Counted from the stretch's first letter, positions 1-14,239 are shown. The stretch is DNA of 64,000 bases from Octopus vulgaris (GCA_951406725.2 OX597842.1:12214001-12278000), one strand, 5' to 3'. Notes: generated from the sequence alone by a model not told the origin. Translations and numbers: made by a program.

Positions 1-207
1 CTACTCAACCAGAAGAAAATTCTAACTGGGCCCAACCTGCAAGGTCATGTGCTGTTTATCTTGATATGAGATCACCATGTCGCGCACATATGGTTGTGAT
101 GCATGTGTCTGGTGTACCTTTATCAGACGGGTAGTCATGATGGGTATACTGGGCTTCGTATATTTTACCCCAGTGTCACTTTGATGGCATGCTCTGCTCT
201 CTCACTC

Positions 208-250
<43 letters not shown>
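1..250 (+). mobile_element. 3' UTR/terminus of a non-LTR retrotransposon ending in an (AAT)n tail
   Basis: Unique sequence ends abruptly at ...ctctcactc followed by (AAT)14, the same terminal architecture as the Dong copies at 46.1 and 48.4 kb; no coding part is visible. Confidence 0.45.
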
Positions 251-251
<1 letters not shown>

Positions 252-291
252 TATAATGGTATATATATATAAATTTATATATGTATATATA

Positions 292-485
292 CTTTATTTA
301 AAAGCAGCAGAAATTTAACAAAAGCTGTTACTCGGAGTTTCACATTCCAGTTCGTTGGGAACGTGAAACTCCGAGTAACAGCTTTTGTTAAATTTCTGCT
401 GCTTTTATATAAAGCATATTACTCTAGCTCTGGTATTTGAGTACTCTTTTTTCCACCTTCTTTCACATTTATGTGTTTACTCGGT
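292..485. mobile_element. Fold-back PLE pLTR-like insertion in (TA)n
   Basis: 52-bp inverted arms 292-343 and 363-414 (1 mismatch) with a one-sided extension to ~485; contains the HHR 3' half GAAACT-CCG-AGTA-ACAG; a second copy in opposite orientation lies at 25597-25775. Confidence 0.7.
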
Positions 486-1513
486 ATATATTTATATGAA
501 TTTATATATGCATATATGTATATAAATATGTTTTTATATATATATACATGAATATGCATGTATATATATGCGTGTGTGTACATATATATGTATATATGGA
601 CATATACATATATATATATATACATATATATATATACATATATATATATGTATGTATATATGTGTATATATATATATGTATATATATGTATGTGTATGTA
701 TATATATATATATATTCACACACACACACACACACTCATTAAGTCTATATAGATATCCGTGTTATTACACACTTCGTGTCTCAAAACGAAAACTCTCTCT
801 ATTAATTACTCTATTAAAGTAATTAAGACGTAAATCATGAGATTACACGTAATTACAGTAAAGTAAGCTGCATCTGAGTTTAGTGCAGAGCTTAAAAATT
901 TCTAAACACGTCACTTCCGTTTAAAATGTAAGAAAAAAAAAGCGCAAAGTTAACTTTGAATGGTTCTCTTGTCCGCCATCTTAGCATGCCTTTGTAAACT
1001 CGTAAAAACATTTTTCATTTAATATTGTAATTATGCATGCATGTATGTATGTATGTATGTATGTATGTATGTATGTATGTATGTATGTATTTATGTATGT
1101 ATGTATGTATGTATGTATGTATGTATGTATTTATGTATGTATGTATGTATGTATGTATGTATTTATGTATGTATTTATGTATGTATGTATGTATGTATGT
1201 ATGTATGTATGTATGTATTTATGTATGTATGTATGTATGTATGTATGTATGTATGTATGTATTTATGTATGTATGTATGTATGTATGCATGTATGTATGT
1301 ATGTATGTAAGTATGCATGCATGTATGCATGTAAGTATCTATATATATATGTGAGTTTTGTGTATACATACACACATATATATATATATATATGTATATA
1401 TGTACACACATATGCATATATATATACATATATATATATATAATTATATATATAATAATCTCTCTCCCTCTGTCTGTCTGTCTCCCTGTCTCTCTCTCTA
1501 TATATATAAATAC

Positions 1514-1567
<54 letters not shown>

Positions 1568-2094
1568 GTATACACACACACATTTACATAGAATTATGTA
1601 TGTTATATTTTAAACTTTTACATAGAATTACGTATGTTATATTTTACAAGTTAATGTTTGAGTGTATATATATATATATATATACACACTCAAACATGTA
1701 TGTATGTGTTTATGTATATTAATATATTATTTTATGAATGTGTATATTTATAAGCCTGAATTATAATTATATTTGACTGCATATGTGAGTGTGTGTTTGA
1801 GAGTAGGTATGAACATGTCTTATAATACTATATACCTACGCACATATATATATGTGTGTGTATATATATGCATCTACATGTATATATATATATATATATG
1901 AGGTATAAGGAAAGGAAAAATTGTGAGTGTAGACGAACCAATATACATTCGCTCTGTATATGTATGTATATGTGTGCTTACATATGTATATATATATATA
2001 TATATACAAACTCTCTTGCTAACGTATGTGTACATACATACAAGAAAAATGCATCTATGCGAGCGCACACACATACACATACACACATGTATCT

Positions 2095-2125
<31 letters not shown>

Positions 2126-2139
2126 CCAATATATATACC

Positions 2140-2207
<68 letters not shown>

Positions 2208-2530
2208 TAAATCCATACATATATGTATATGTATATATACACCTATATACATATATATATATATACCAGATACACACACAGACACACAAACACACAAACA
2301 CACACACACACACATAAACACATATATATATATATATATCAATATCTGTATGTTCATGTATATTCATATATGTATGTATATAAGAATACATGTACACATG
2401 TTCACAAAACCACGCAGACAACCCACATCGCGACACCCACTGCACACTCACATACTCTCTCTCTCTATCCTTCACACACACATACTATGACACACACACA
2501 CACACATGCGTACACACACGAACGCACATA
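486..2530. repeat. Compound (TA)n/(TATG)n/(CA)n microsatellite field
   Basis: Directly visible; includes a ~280-bp (ATGT)n tract at 1033-1310. Confidence 0.95.
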
Positions 2531-2989
2531 AACACACGCGAACGCAGTTTTTCACCATGGTTTCTCAGTCGTAAAACCTAATTGTATTTCAGTTACCACA
2601 ATCCAATTTTTTTGTTGACAACTTACGTAGACATTTAGTACTGAGATTAAATCTATGCAGCATGAGGCAGAAGAGGCGAAGTATAGGTTGCATGCAAAAA
2701 AAAAGCTAAAATAAAGAAACGGAAAACGAAATCAATGACTCGAAAAAAAAAATTTTATGCAGGAATGCAACAAACATATGTTTACTGCAAAGGTTGCTAA
2801 GCAACGAAAATTACTCGTAGGTAGGGGATGGGTAGTGGTAGTAGTAGTGGTTAGTATTGTGGTAATAGATGTAGTTAGTGATGGTAGAGGTTATAATGGT
2901 TAGTATTGGGGGTGGGGAGGCCAGGTTGGTTAATAGAAGCAGTGGATGGAAGAGGTTGTGAGGGGCCGTGGGAGGAATAACTGGTTTTG

Positions 2990-3735
2990 GGGGTATAGGA
3001 GGTAATGTTGGTGGTGGTGGTGGTGGTGGTGGTGGTAGTTGTGGTGACGGTGGTGGGGTTGATGGTTGTGGTGGTGGTTGTGGTGGTGGTTGTGGTGGTG
3101 TTGGTAGTTGTGGTGGTGGTGGTTATGGTGGTAGTTGTGGTGATGGTGGTAGTTGTGGTGGTGGTGGTTATGGTGGTAGTTGTGGTGATGGTGGTAGTTG
3201 TGGTGGTGGTGGCTATGGTGGTAGTTGTGGTGATGGTGGTAGTTGTGGTGATGGTGGTGATGGTGGTGGTGGTGGTGGTGGATGGTGATGGTGGTAGTTG
3301 TGGTGATGGTGGTGGTAATGGTGGTGGTGGCGAGTGTGGTGGTTGTGGTGGTAGTGGTGATTGTGGTGTTGGTGGTGGTGATGGTGGTGGCGGTGGTGGT
3401 GTGTTGTGATGGTAGTGGTGATTGTGGTGGTGGTGGTGATGGTGGTGGCGGTGGTGGTGGTTGTGGTGATGATGGAGGTGGTGGTGGTGGTGATTGTGGT
3501 GATGATGTTAGTGATGGTGGCGGTGATTGTGGTGGTTGTAGTGGTGGTGGTGGTAGTGGTTGTGGTGGCGGTGGTGGTAGTGGTAGTGGTAGTGATACTG
3601 GTGGAGTTTGTGGTGGTGGGACTGGTTATGGGGTTTGGTGCTGCTGGTGTAGGTGATGGTGGTGGTTGTAGTGCTGGTGCTGGGGGTATAGCGGTGGTGG
3701 TTGTACTTGGTAATGCTGGAGGTTATAGTGGTTAG
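2990..3735. repeat. Degenerate (GGT)n repeat with a 45-bp higher-order unit
   Basis: GGT-based array; the unit ggtagttgtggtggtggtggttatggtggtagttgtggtgatggt occurs three times at ~3103-3237. Confidence 0.85.
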
Positions 3736-3779
3736 TATAGGGGGAAGCTATGTAAATTAGTGTAACCCCTATTGTGACA

Positions 3780-4345
3780 TAGGGGTTAAGATATTCGTCT
3801 CACGGTTGTTAGCTAGTGAGTTCGATTCCCGGCGGAGCACCGTGTCCTTGAGCAAGACACTTTATTTCTCGTTGCTCCAATCCACTCATTTGTCAAAAGC
3901 GAGTGGTACCTGTGATTAAAAAGGGTCCAGCCTTCTCACATTCGATGTCACGCCGTTCCTCCTTGAGAACTACGTTAACGGTACACGTGTCTCTGGAGTA
4001 CTCAGCCATTTGCACGTTAGTTTCACGAGCAGGCTGTTCCGTCGGTTGGATCAACTGGAACCCTCGTCGTCGTAACCGACGGAGGACCAGTTTACATTTG
4101 GGAAGTCACGTGGCTTACGGTTTGAGATATTCAGCTCACGATCTTATGGGCGTGAGTTCGAATCCCAGGGGTGTGTTGTGTCCTTGAGCAAGACACTTTA
4201 TTTCACGTTGCTCCAGTCCACTCAGCTGGCAAAAAACATGAGTTATACCAGTAATTCAACAGGGGCCAGCCTTGTTAAATTCTGTGTGACGCTGAATCTT
4301 CCTGAAAACTCCGCTTGTCTGCGAAGTACTCAGTCACTTGCATTT
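3780..4345 (+). mobile_element. Two old tRNA-derived SINE copies related to families C/D
   Basis: B-box GTTCGATTCCC / GTTCGAATCCC, then GTGTCCTTGAGCAAGACACTTTATTTC core, then a 3' part similar to family C; a third copy lies at ~5005-5220. Confidence 0.7.
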
Positions 4346-4370
4346 TCATATCATAATTACACTATTCCTA

Positions 4371-4958
4371 TTTCTATTTCTTTACTACCCACAAGGGGCT
4401 AAGCACAGAGGGGACAAACAAGGACGGACAAACGGATTAAGTCAATTATATCGACCCCAGTGCGTAACTGGTACTTATTTAATCGACCCCGAAAGGATGA
4501 CAGGCAAAGTCGACCTCGGCGGAATTTGAACTCAGAACACGAAGACAGACGAAATACCTATTTCTTTACTACCCAGAAGGGGCTAAACACACAGACAAAC
4601 AAGGACAGAGAAACGGGTTAAGTCAATTATATCGATCCCAGTGCGTAACTGGTACTTAATTTTCCGACCACGAAAGGATGAAAGGCAAATTCGACCTCGG
4701 CGGAATTTGAACTCAGAACGTAACGGCAGACGAAATACCTATTTCTTTATTACCCACAGGGGGCTAAACACAGAGAGGACAAACAAGGACAGACAAACGG
4801 ATCAAGTCGATTATATCGACCTAAGTGTGTGACTGGTACTTAATTTATCGGCCCCGAAAAGATGAAAGACAAAGTCGGCCTCGGCGGAATTTGAACTCAG
4901 AACATGAAGACAGACGAAATACCGCTAAGCATTTTGCCTGGCTTGCTAACGTTTCTGC
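4371..4958 (-). mobile_element. SINE family B tandem trimer
   Basis: Three ~180-bp units, junctions at ~4555 and ~4736, single tRNA-like head at 4916-4958; core GCCTTTCATCCTTTCGGGGTCGATAAA resembles the Meta-SINE domain. Confidence 0.9.
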
Positions 4959-5378
4959 TAAGTGGAACACTCCTCGTCGTAACTGAAAGAGGACCAGTTT
5001 GCATTTGTGAAGCTACGTAGTTTAGAGGTTCGCATATTCAGCTCACAATCATAAGGACATGATTTCGATTCCCAGCAGAGTGACGTTTCCTTGCTCCATT
5101 CCACTCACCTGGCAAAAATAAATTGTACCTGTAATTCAAACGGGGCCGGCCTTGCCACACTCTGTGTCACGCTGAATCTCCCCGAGAAACACATTAAGGG
5201 TTGCGCAGGTCTGTGGAGTTAGATTAGTTAGTATTAGTACTAGACGTTGGGATCCCGAATGGCCTCCTCAGATAGCTGTGAAGGTCATAAGGTTGCGCGT
5301 GTTACATATGCCGAAGGGGCTACAAGAGGGATATCGCTCTTGGCCGGGTTACACCGACTCGGAGCCCGCCTTGATTGT

Positions 5379-5765
5379 AAAGCAAGCATGGGCGATGGTG
5401 GAGTACACGGACACAAGCGATGATGAGGAGGAAAATTGACAAGAGTTTGAAAAACCTCAGTTTTATAATGTGTAAGAAGCTCAGCGCCTCAGATGTTATA
5501 ATGCGGAGAAGCGAAAGAGAAGAGAGAAATAAACATCTGGCTAACGAACATCATGCAACTACAGATTTCCTGGGAACTGTCTTCTAGAGGGAAACATCCT
5601 GGCCAAGTCTATTGTATAAAGTGCGAAGACTGAATCTAGAACATTTTAAAGCAAGCATGGGAGATGGTGGAGTACACGGACACAAGCGATGATGAGGCGA
5701 AAAATTGACAAGAGGTTGAAAAGCCTCAGTGTTATAATGTGGAAGAGGATCAGTGCCTCATTTGT
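5379..5765 (+). pseudogene. Decayed, internally duplicated PLE GIY-YIG linker fragment
   Basis: 5379-5490 is repeated at 5648-5760; 5495-5642 is repeated at 7776-7923 and reads SCNYRFPGNCLLEGNILAKSIV. Confidence 0.6.
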
Positions 5766-5781
5766 AAATGGACTAGTGTTG

Positions 5782-5821
<40 letters not shown>

Positions 5822-5920
5822 AAACACAACATTCATATACATGTCTCAATACAAGTTCTTGTTTGTACATACAGACACATACACATACACATACACAAAC
5901 ACATACACGCACGCACACAA

Positions 5921-5953
<33 letters not shown>

Positions 5954-5959
5954 CATGCA

Positions 5960-6029
5960 TATAGATAGAGATAGATAGATAAATAGTTAGATAGATATAT
6001 ATATTGATATATAGAAAGAATAGATAGAC

Positions 6030-6122
<93 letters not shown>

Positions 6123-6151
6123 AATAGAAACAGAGAGTTCGTTAGATAGAC

Positions 6152-6198
<47 letters not shown>

Positions 6199-6245
6199 CA
6201 GATAAATAGATAGATAAATAGAAACAGAGAGTTCGTTAGATAGAC

Positions 6246-6324
<79 letters not shown>

Positions 6325-6420
6325 TAGATAAATAGATAGACAGACAGATGGATGGATGGATTGATGGACATACATACATGCATAAATACATACATACATA
6401 CTTACATACATAGAAATATA
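5960..6420. repeat. (GATA)n array with a duplicated spacer
   Basis: aatagaaacagagagttcgttagatagacag occurs twice within GATA repeats. Confidence 0.9.
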
Positions 6421-6927
6421 CACTCAAATTCACTGAATAGCTGCAACCGTGTTTGTAAGGGAAGAATTGTGCCTCCCCGCCACATTATTCTAGATTCTGT
6501 TCCACCGCGTGGTTGCAATTGTAAGTATTCTCTAATATAGCGTCAGGCCAACTAAGTCATTGTGAGAGGATTTTGTAGATGGAAACAGAGAAATCCGTAG
6601 TACTTCGATATATATATATAAGTAATTTTAGAGACAGAACCACCTTCAACTCAATCAACATTGAAAGATTTTATACCCGACCACTACATAAAATCTTAAA
6701 AATTAAATCTACTAACTATATCTATACTGAATTCTGTATTTTCCGTTTATAAGACTACACGTGTTTCATGAAAGTACGTCGGTATTGATTAGATACGCGG
6801 TATCTAGTTTCAATTCTTAATCGGGTCGACATGCTCCCAATCTCTCAACATTTTTCAATACCCTTAACTCTTATATACTTCCATGATGCTCTATATTTTC
6901 AATAAAATCTTACTTAACATGTACTAA

Positions 6928-6990
6928 TGGGAATCGAACTGACGACCTTGCGACCGTGAGTCGAATGCCCTAACCATTAAGCCACGCGCC
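6928..6990 (-). mobile_element. Isolated tRNA-derived SINE head
   Basis: Minus strand reads GGCGCGTGGCTTAATGGTTAGG...AGTTCGATTCCC (A and B boxes). Confidence 0.65.
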
Positions 6991-7063
6991 TTGTGTATAT
7001 ATATATATATATGCGAGTATGTCTATATATATTATATTACATACATACACATATATATATGTG

Positions 7064-7095
<32 letters not shown>

Positions 7096-7096
7096 C

Positions 7097-7155
<59 letters not shown>

Positions 7156-7261
7156 CAACAATTGAGGGTAAAATTAATTAGTTATTAATCAATTTCACCA
7201 AGTATTCAGTATGTTATTAATCAATTTCACCAAGTGAATACTTGGTGAAATTGATTAATAA

Positions 7262-7307
<46 letters not shown>

Positions 7308-7384
7308 AATAAATGAAAGAATGGAGTCAAACAAAAATTTCGATAGTCATCGAAAGTTTTGTTTGTCTTGTTGTCGAGAGAGGC

Positions 7385-7480
7385 TCCCTTTCTTTCCTGA
7401 TGAGAAGATTGCATAATGCACCCTTTATTCCTTTGGAATGAAAACATGTTGTCTTCGAAACATATGTCGAGAGTAAAGGA
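7385..7480 (+). ncRNA. Type I hammerhead ribozyme motif, canonical core, in a PLE pLTR-like element
   Basis: CTGATGA at 7397-7403; stem II GAAGATTGCAT/ATGTTGTCTTC; GAAA at 7457-7460; palindromic stem III ACATATGT; GUC site at 7468; stem I cctttctttc/gagagtaaagg. Confidence 0.85.
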
Positions 7481-7829
7481 ATTTTGTTAACATCTTCGTT
7501 CGACTCTATTCTTTCATTTATTCATATATAACACAAATTTCTGCACATCTACCCAGAGTTTCTACCCTTGGACAGGTCGCTTCAACCGTTTTTCTGACGT
7601 GAATTTGCTACCCAGGTTTCGGTTAAACGATTTTTCCATGCTGACGATAAACATAGGATAATTCATTCACCTATTTAAATAAATATATATATATATATAT
7701 ACATATATACGCACGTGTGTGTGTCTTTAAATGCTGGTAATTTATGCTGCAAGAATTTCTGGTGTTATATCAGAAGTTATAATGCAGCGAAGCGAAGTAG
7801 AAGAGAGATCCAAACATCTGGCTAACGAA

Positions 7830-8230
7830 GATCATGCAACTGTAGATATCGTGGGAACTGTCTCCTAGAGGGAAACAACCTGGCAAAGACAATTGTGTAA
7901 AGTTGAAAGACTAAATCTAGAACGTGCATCGGGGCAACGGAATTCGCATGCAAAATCTATTATTACAAGCACAAGCATTCATTTGTCAGCCTCGATAGAA
8001 ACTGTGCAATGACTTTTGTCTCAGTTTATCTAGCTCTTGCGTGAGACAATTCCTCCTGATCTCAGAACTATTTCGTCTATTGTACATAGAGCTCAGACAT
8101 ACAGGAACTGGAGGGTCAAATTAAAGATACAGTGTGACCTTTGTCTCAGAAAATAACTGAGAATTTTGGCTCACGGTAATCAGAGTTTGAACAAAAGAGT
8201 AGAATTTTTAACGCCTTATATACACGCAGT
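7830..8230 (+). pseudogene. Decayed PLE GIY-YIG endonuclease, Naiad-like clade
   Basis: Manual translation with stops and one frameshift: SCNCRYRGNCLLEG...TIV*...TCIGATEFACKIYYYKHKHSF...LSQFI*...QCDLCLRK*LRIL...SLNKRVE. Confidence 0.8.
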
Positions 8231-8459
8231 GAATACCTTTTATACAAACACAAACCTTGAATTTCGTTAGAATGTATTAAAAGACACATATTATAATCGC
8301 ATTTCTCGAAATCGTGCTTGCGGAATACACAGCCAGACGCACAAATATTAAATGATTAACTCGTTCAGTTGATCCATCGACCGAAATACCCATAGTTAAA
8401 TGACCTCCATTTGCAGTCCTGGCTTTATCTCTACGAGTGTATATTCACGTGTATGCCTT

Positions 8460-8460
8460 C

Positions 8461-8513
<53 letters not shown>

Positions 8514-8988
8514 TTGTGTGTACGTTTATGCAGAGATGAGAGCCGGCATGCGCGAGACCTGTGTACGTGGGTGCGTGTGTGGTTATATATCTGCGTGGGT
8601 GGCCATATATCTGCTTCGTGTATCTTTGTGTGTAGGTGTGTGTATATATATCTATATGTATGCGTATATATATATATATGTATATATATGCGTATCTAAA
8701 TATATGGATATATATACACGCTCATATATATATGTATATATATGTATATCTGCATACGTATATATGTATGTATGTATATATATATATATATATATACGCG
8801 TGTGACAGGATGAATATTCCGTGGGTGTATAGGTGCGCATGAAGAGATGTCCCTCCTCTGTATATGAATTTGTTCGTGCATATACATCGATGCATACATA
8901 TATATATATATATATGCATGTGTGTATGCATATACATATATATGTAATTATATATATATATATATATATGCATATATATATATATAGA

Positions 8989-9029
<41 letters not shown>

Positions 9030-9297
9030 ATATATATGTATATATACACACGTACCTCTACATATAGGTACTCAGATACATAAACAGAATAATGTGCATC
9101 TCTTTCTTTAGTGTGTCATCTCTCTCGCTCTCTTTATATATATATATATATACACATACATACTTACATACATATATATATATATTTGTATATACACTCA
9201 CGCATTTATATGCAGTTATGATAACGAACGAACGTACATATATATATATATATGTATATATGTATATATATATATGTATATATGTGGGTGTATACGT

Positions 9298-9387
<90 letters not shown>

Positions 9388-9489
9388 TGTATTTATGTGT
9401 GTGTGTCTCTGGGTCTGTGTGTTTATATAAATATATACTGTGCCTTTCCATACAGACACACACTCATATTCCAGCACAAAGACTCTGAA

Positions 9490-9548
<59 letters not shown>

Positions 9549-9784
9549 TACACACACACACACTCCTTTGAATGCACTGCCTCAGAGATAAAGGATGGCA
9601 GAAAAGAATATCAAAAAACAAAAAAAAAACAAAAAATGAAAAGAAAAAAAGTATAAATTAACAAGAAACTAACAGACCAATAGACGCAATAATAAAACCG
9701 AACGATTCAAAGACACCGAAAACAACGAATTCCATACACACATACACGTGCTCATATATATAAAGTATATATATATATATACAT

Positions 9785-9821
<37 letters not shown>

Positions 9822-9834
9822 TATACACACATGC

Positions 9835-9876
<42 letters not shown>

Positions 9877-9963
9877 GGACATGGACATATATATACATAC
9901 ATGTACATATATATATATATGTATATATATATGTATATATATATGTATATATGTATATATATA

Positions 9964-10001
<38 letters not shown>

Positions 10002-10011
10002 TATATATACA

Positions 10012-10051
<40 letters not shown>

Positions 10052-10063
10052 TATATGTATATA

Positions 10064-10122
<59 letters not shown>

Positions 10123-10169
10123 ATATATGTATAAGGTACATAAAAATAAAATTATCTCCCCAGACAACA

Positions 10170-10206
<37 letters not shown>

Positions 10207-10240
10207 AGTGGATAGATAAATAGACAGATAGATAGATGGT
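8460..10240. repeat. (TG)n/(TA)n/(CA)n microsatellite field
   Basis: Directly visible. Confidence 0.95.
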
Positions 10241-10439
10241 TCGCAATGGAGCCTCCTCTATACCAAAGCGAGAGCTGTGTACTGGAGTGGTAATTCGAAA
10301 AGCCACACCGAACTTCCTGTGAACATGACAATAGAAGCAAAAAGCCTGCAGATATCAGCTCGGCTTTTATATAATTGTGTCACAACACACTTTCATCCAC
10401 GAAGATCCAATAACATTTCTTTTCTTTCTCTTCCACCCA

Positions 10440-11445
<1,006 letters not shown>

Positions 11446-11776
11446 CACAAATACAATAATGCCAATGCTACTGCAAAAGCAACAGTGGTTGTGATGGTAT
11501 GGCGGTGGTGGTGGTTGTTGTTATGGTGGTGGAGATGGTGGTGGCGGTGGCGGTAGCTGTAGTGGTGGTGGTGTTGGTGTCGATGGTGGCAGGCGTGCAC
11601 AGATGGCTGTGATGGTGGCGGCGAGAGGCAATGTCGCGGTGTTTTGGTTATGGGGGTCATGTTGTACTGTAGACGACGGGGATAACTATTACCACCACCA
11701 CCACCACCACCACCACCACCCACCACCACCACCACCACCACTAATTCCACTACTACTACAATTACTACTACTATAG

Positions 11777-12112
11777 GCGCAGGAGTGGCCGTGTGGTAAG
11801 TAGCTTCCTTACCAACCACATGGTTCTGGGTTCAGTCCCACTGCGTGGCATCTTCGGCAAGTGTCTTCTGCTATAGCCCCGGGCAGACCAAAGCCTTGTG
11901 AGTGGATTTGGTAGACGGAAACTGAAAGAAGCCCATCATATATATATATAGGCATAGGAGTGGCTGTGTGGTAAGTAGCTTCCTTACCAACCACATGGTT
12001 CCGGGTTCAGTCCCACTGCGTGGCATCTTCGGCAAGTGTCTTCTACTATAGTCTCGGGCCGACCAATGCCTTGTGAGTGGATTTGGTAGACGGAAACTGA
12101 AAGAAGCCCGTC

Positions 12113-12168
<56 letters not shown>

Positions 12169-12376
12169 TTGTATGTTTGTGTTTGTCCCCTAGCATTGCT
12201 TGACAACCGATGCTGGTGTGTTTGTGTCAGCGTCACTTAGCGGTTCGGCAAAGAGACCGATAGAATAAGTACTGGGCTTACAAAAGAATAAGTCCCGGGG
12301 TTGAGTTGCTCGATTAAAGGCGGTGCTCCAGCATGGCCGCAGTCAAGTGACTGAAACAAGTAAAAGAGTAAAGAGT
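11777..12376 (+). mobile_element. SINE family A: duplicated 5' half plus full copy
   Basis: Head GGCGCAGGAGTGGCCGTGTGGTAAG...GGTTCAGTCCC at 11777 and again at 11951; internal (TA)n(TG)n; tail GGCGGTGCTCCAGCATGGCCGCAGTCAAGTGACTGAAACAAG(TAAAAGAG)n. Confidence 0.9.
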
Positions 12377-12439
12377 ACTACCACCACCACCACCAACACC
12401 ACACCCAACATTACAGCCGTTAACACTGTTGTTAACAAG

Positions 12440-12632
12440 GGCATAAAATTTGGGAGAGGAGAAGGGGGCCAGTCGATTAGATCGAACCCAAAAACACAAC
12501 TGGTACTTAATTTATCTTCCCCGAAAGAATGAAAGTTTCACCTCGACGAAATTTGAAATCAGAATGGAAAGACAGACGAAACACCGCTAAGAGTTTCGCC
12601 CGGGGTGTTAACGTTTCTGCCAGCTCGCCGCC
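12440..12632 (-). mobile_element. Older SINE family B-related copy
   Basis: Reverse complement of GGCGAGCTGGCAGAAACGTTAAC...; diverged Meta-like core. Confidence 0.75.
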
Positions 12633-12751
12633 ATGTTAATACCGTTGCTAATATAGACATATGTGTGCATATCAATACATGTATATGAATATGTATGCAT
12701 ATATATATATATATATATATGCTTAAATATACTTGTATATATATATATATA

Positions 12752-12969
12752 CTCTTTTACTCTTTTACTAGTTTCAGTCATTTGACTGCGACCATGCTGG
12801 AGCACCGCCTTTAGTCGAGCAAATCGACCCCGGGACTTATTCTTTGTAAGCCTAGTACGTATTCTATCGGTCTCTTTTGCCGAACCGCTAAGTGACGGGG
12901 ACGCAAACACACCAGCATCGGTTGTCAAGCAATGCTAGGGGGCAAACACAGACACACAAACATACACAC

Positions 12970-13006
<37 letters not shown>

Positions 13007-13171
13007 TACGACAGGCTTCTTACAGTTTCAGTCTAACAAATCCACTCACAAGGCATTGGTCGGCCCGGGGCTATAGCAGAAGACACTTGCCCAAGATGCC
13101 ACGCAGCGGGACTGAACCCGGAACCGTGTGGTTGGTAAGCAAGCTACTTACCACACAGCCACTCCTGCGCC
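12752..13171 (-). mobile_element. SINE family A, full copy
   Basis: Reverse complement of the 11951-12376 element. Confidence 0.9.
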
Positions 13172-13284
13172 TATATATATATACATACATATATATATAT
13201 ATACATATATATATATACATACATATACATATTAAAACTTCTAATTTTATACTTTCCACATTTTCCTTCTATTTCTTCCTTTTC

Positions 13285-13323
13285 TTCTTATTATTATCAT
13301 CATTATTATTATTATTATTATCA

Positions 13324-13384
<61 letters not shown>

Positions 13385-13404
13385 CATTATTATTATTATT
13401 ATCA

Positions 13405-13435
<31 letters not shown>

Positions 13436-13458
13436 CATCATTATTATCATTATTATTA

Positions 13459-13492
<34 letters not shown>

Positions 13493-13518
13493 CATGATTA
13501 TTATTATTATTACTATTA

Positions 13519-13560
<42 letters not shown>

Positions 13561-13586
13561 TTAATAATAACATTATCAGCACTAAT

Positions 13587-13655
<69 letters not shown>

Positions 13656-13656
13656 C

Positions 13657-13690
<34 letters not shown>

Positions 13691-13890
13691 CAGCAACATG
13701 ACTTGTAGTAACTGTGGTTGTATCACAATTGTAGCATTTGTCATTGTTTAAGCTGGAATGATTTTCTATTATTGTTATTACAATTATTATTATTATTATT
13801 ATGGGTTGTTGTTGTTGCTGTTGCTGCTGTGGTTGCTGTTGTGGTTGCTGTTGTGGTTGTTGTTGTTGTTGTTGTTGTTTCTGCTGTTAC
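13285..13890. repeat. (ATT)n/(AGC)n/(AGT)n/(GTT)n trinucleotide field
   Basis: Directly visible. Confidence 0.95.
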
Positions 13891-14239
13891 CGTTGTTAAA
13901 ACCCAACAGCCAAAAATGGTTGCCGTCTGGCGAGATTTGAGTTATGCAGTATGGAAGCACTGAAGTGAAAGAAGTTGGTGTGGAAAATGTATGAATGCGT
14001 TGAAGTGCAAAAACCTATTTCACACCCTCACCACAACCACCACCACCACCAACACCTAAACCACTACCAACAGACTCAGCCCCACTGCACATGAAGAATA
14101 TTTCCCGCCATCTCTCTCGCGCTTTCTCATTGTCTCTTTCTCTCACTCCCTCTTTCTGTCTCACTATCTCTCTCTCTCTCTCTCAATCAATCAAAACTAC
14201 GAAATATACTGAAATACGCATTCTTGTGGACGAATGAGC

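Noticed and set aside
2968-3288. Gly/Cys/Tyr-rich ORF resembling a structural protein
   Set aside because: GTG start, no signal peptide or splice context; it is a degenerate (GGT)n array open in several frames.
7895-7910. In-frame TGA as selenocysteine in the Naiad-like GIY-YIG
   Set aside because: The copy has other stops and a frameshift, and the paralogous piece differs here; decay explains it.
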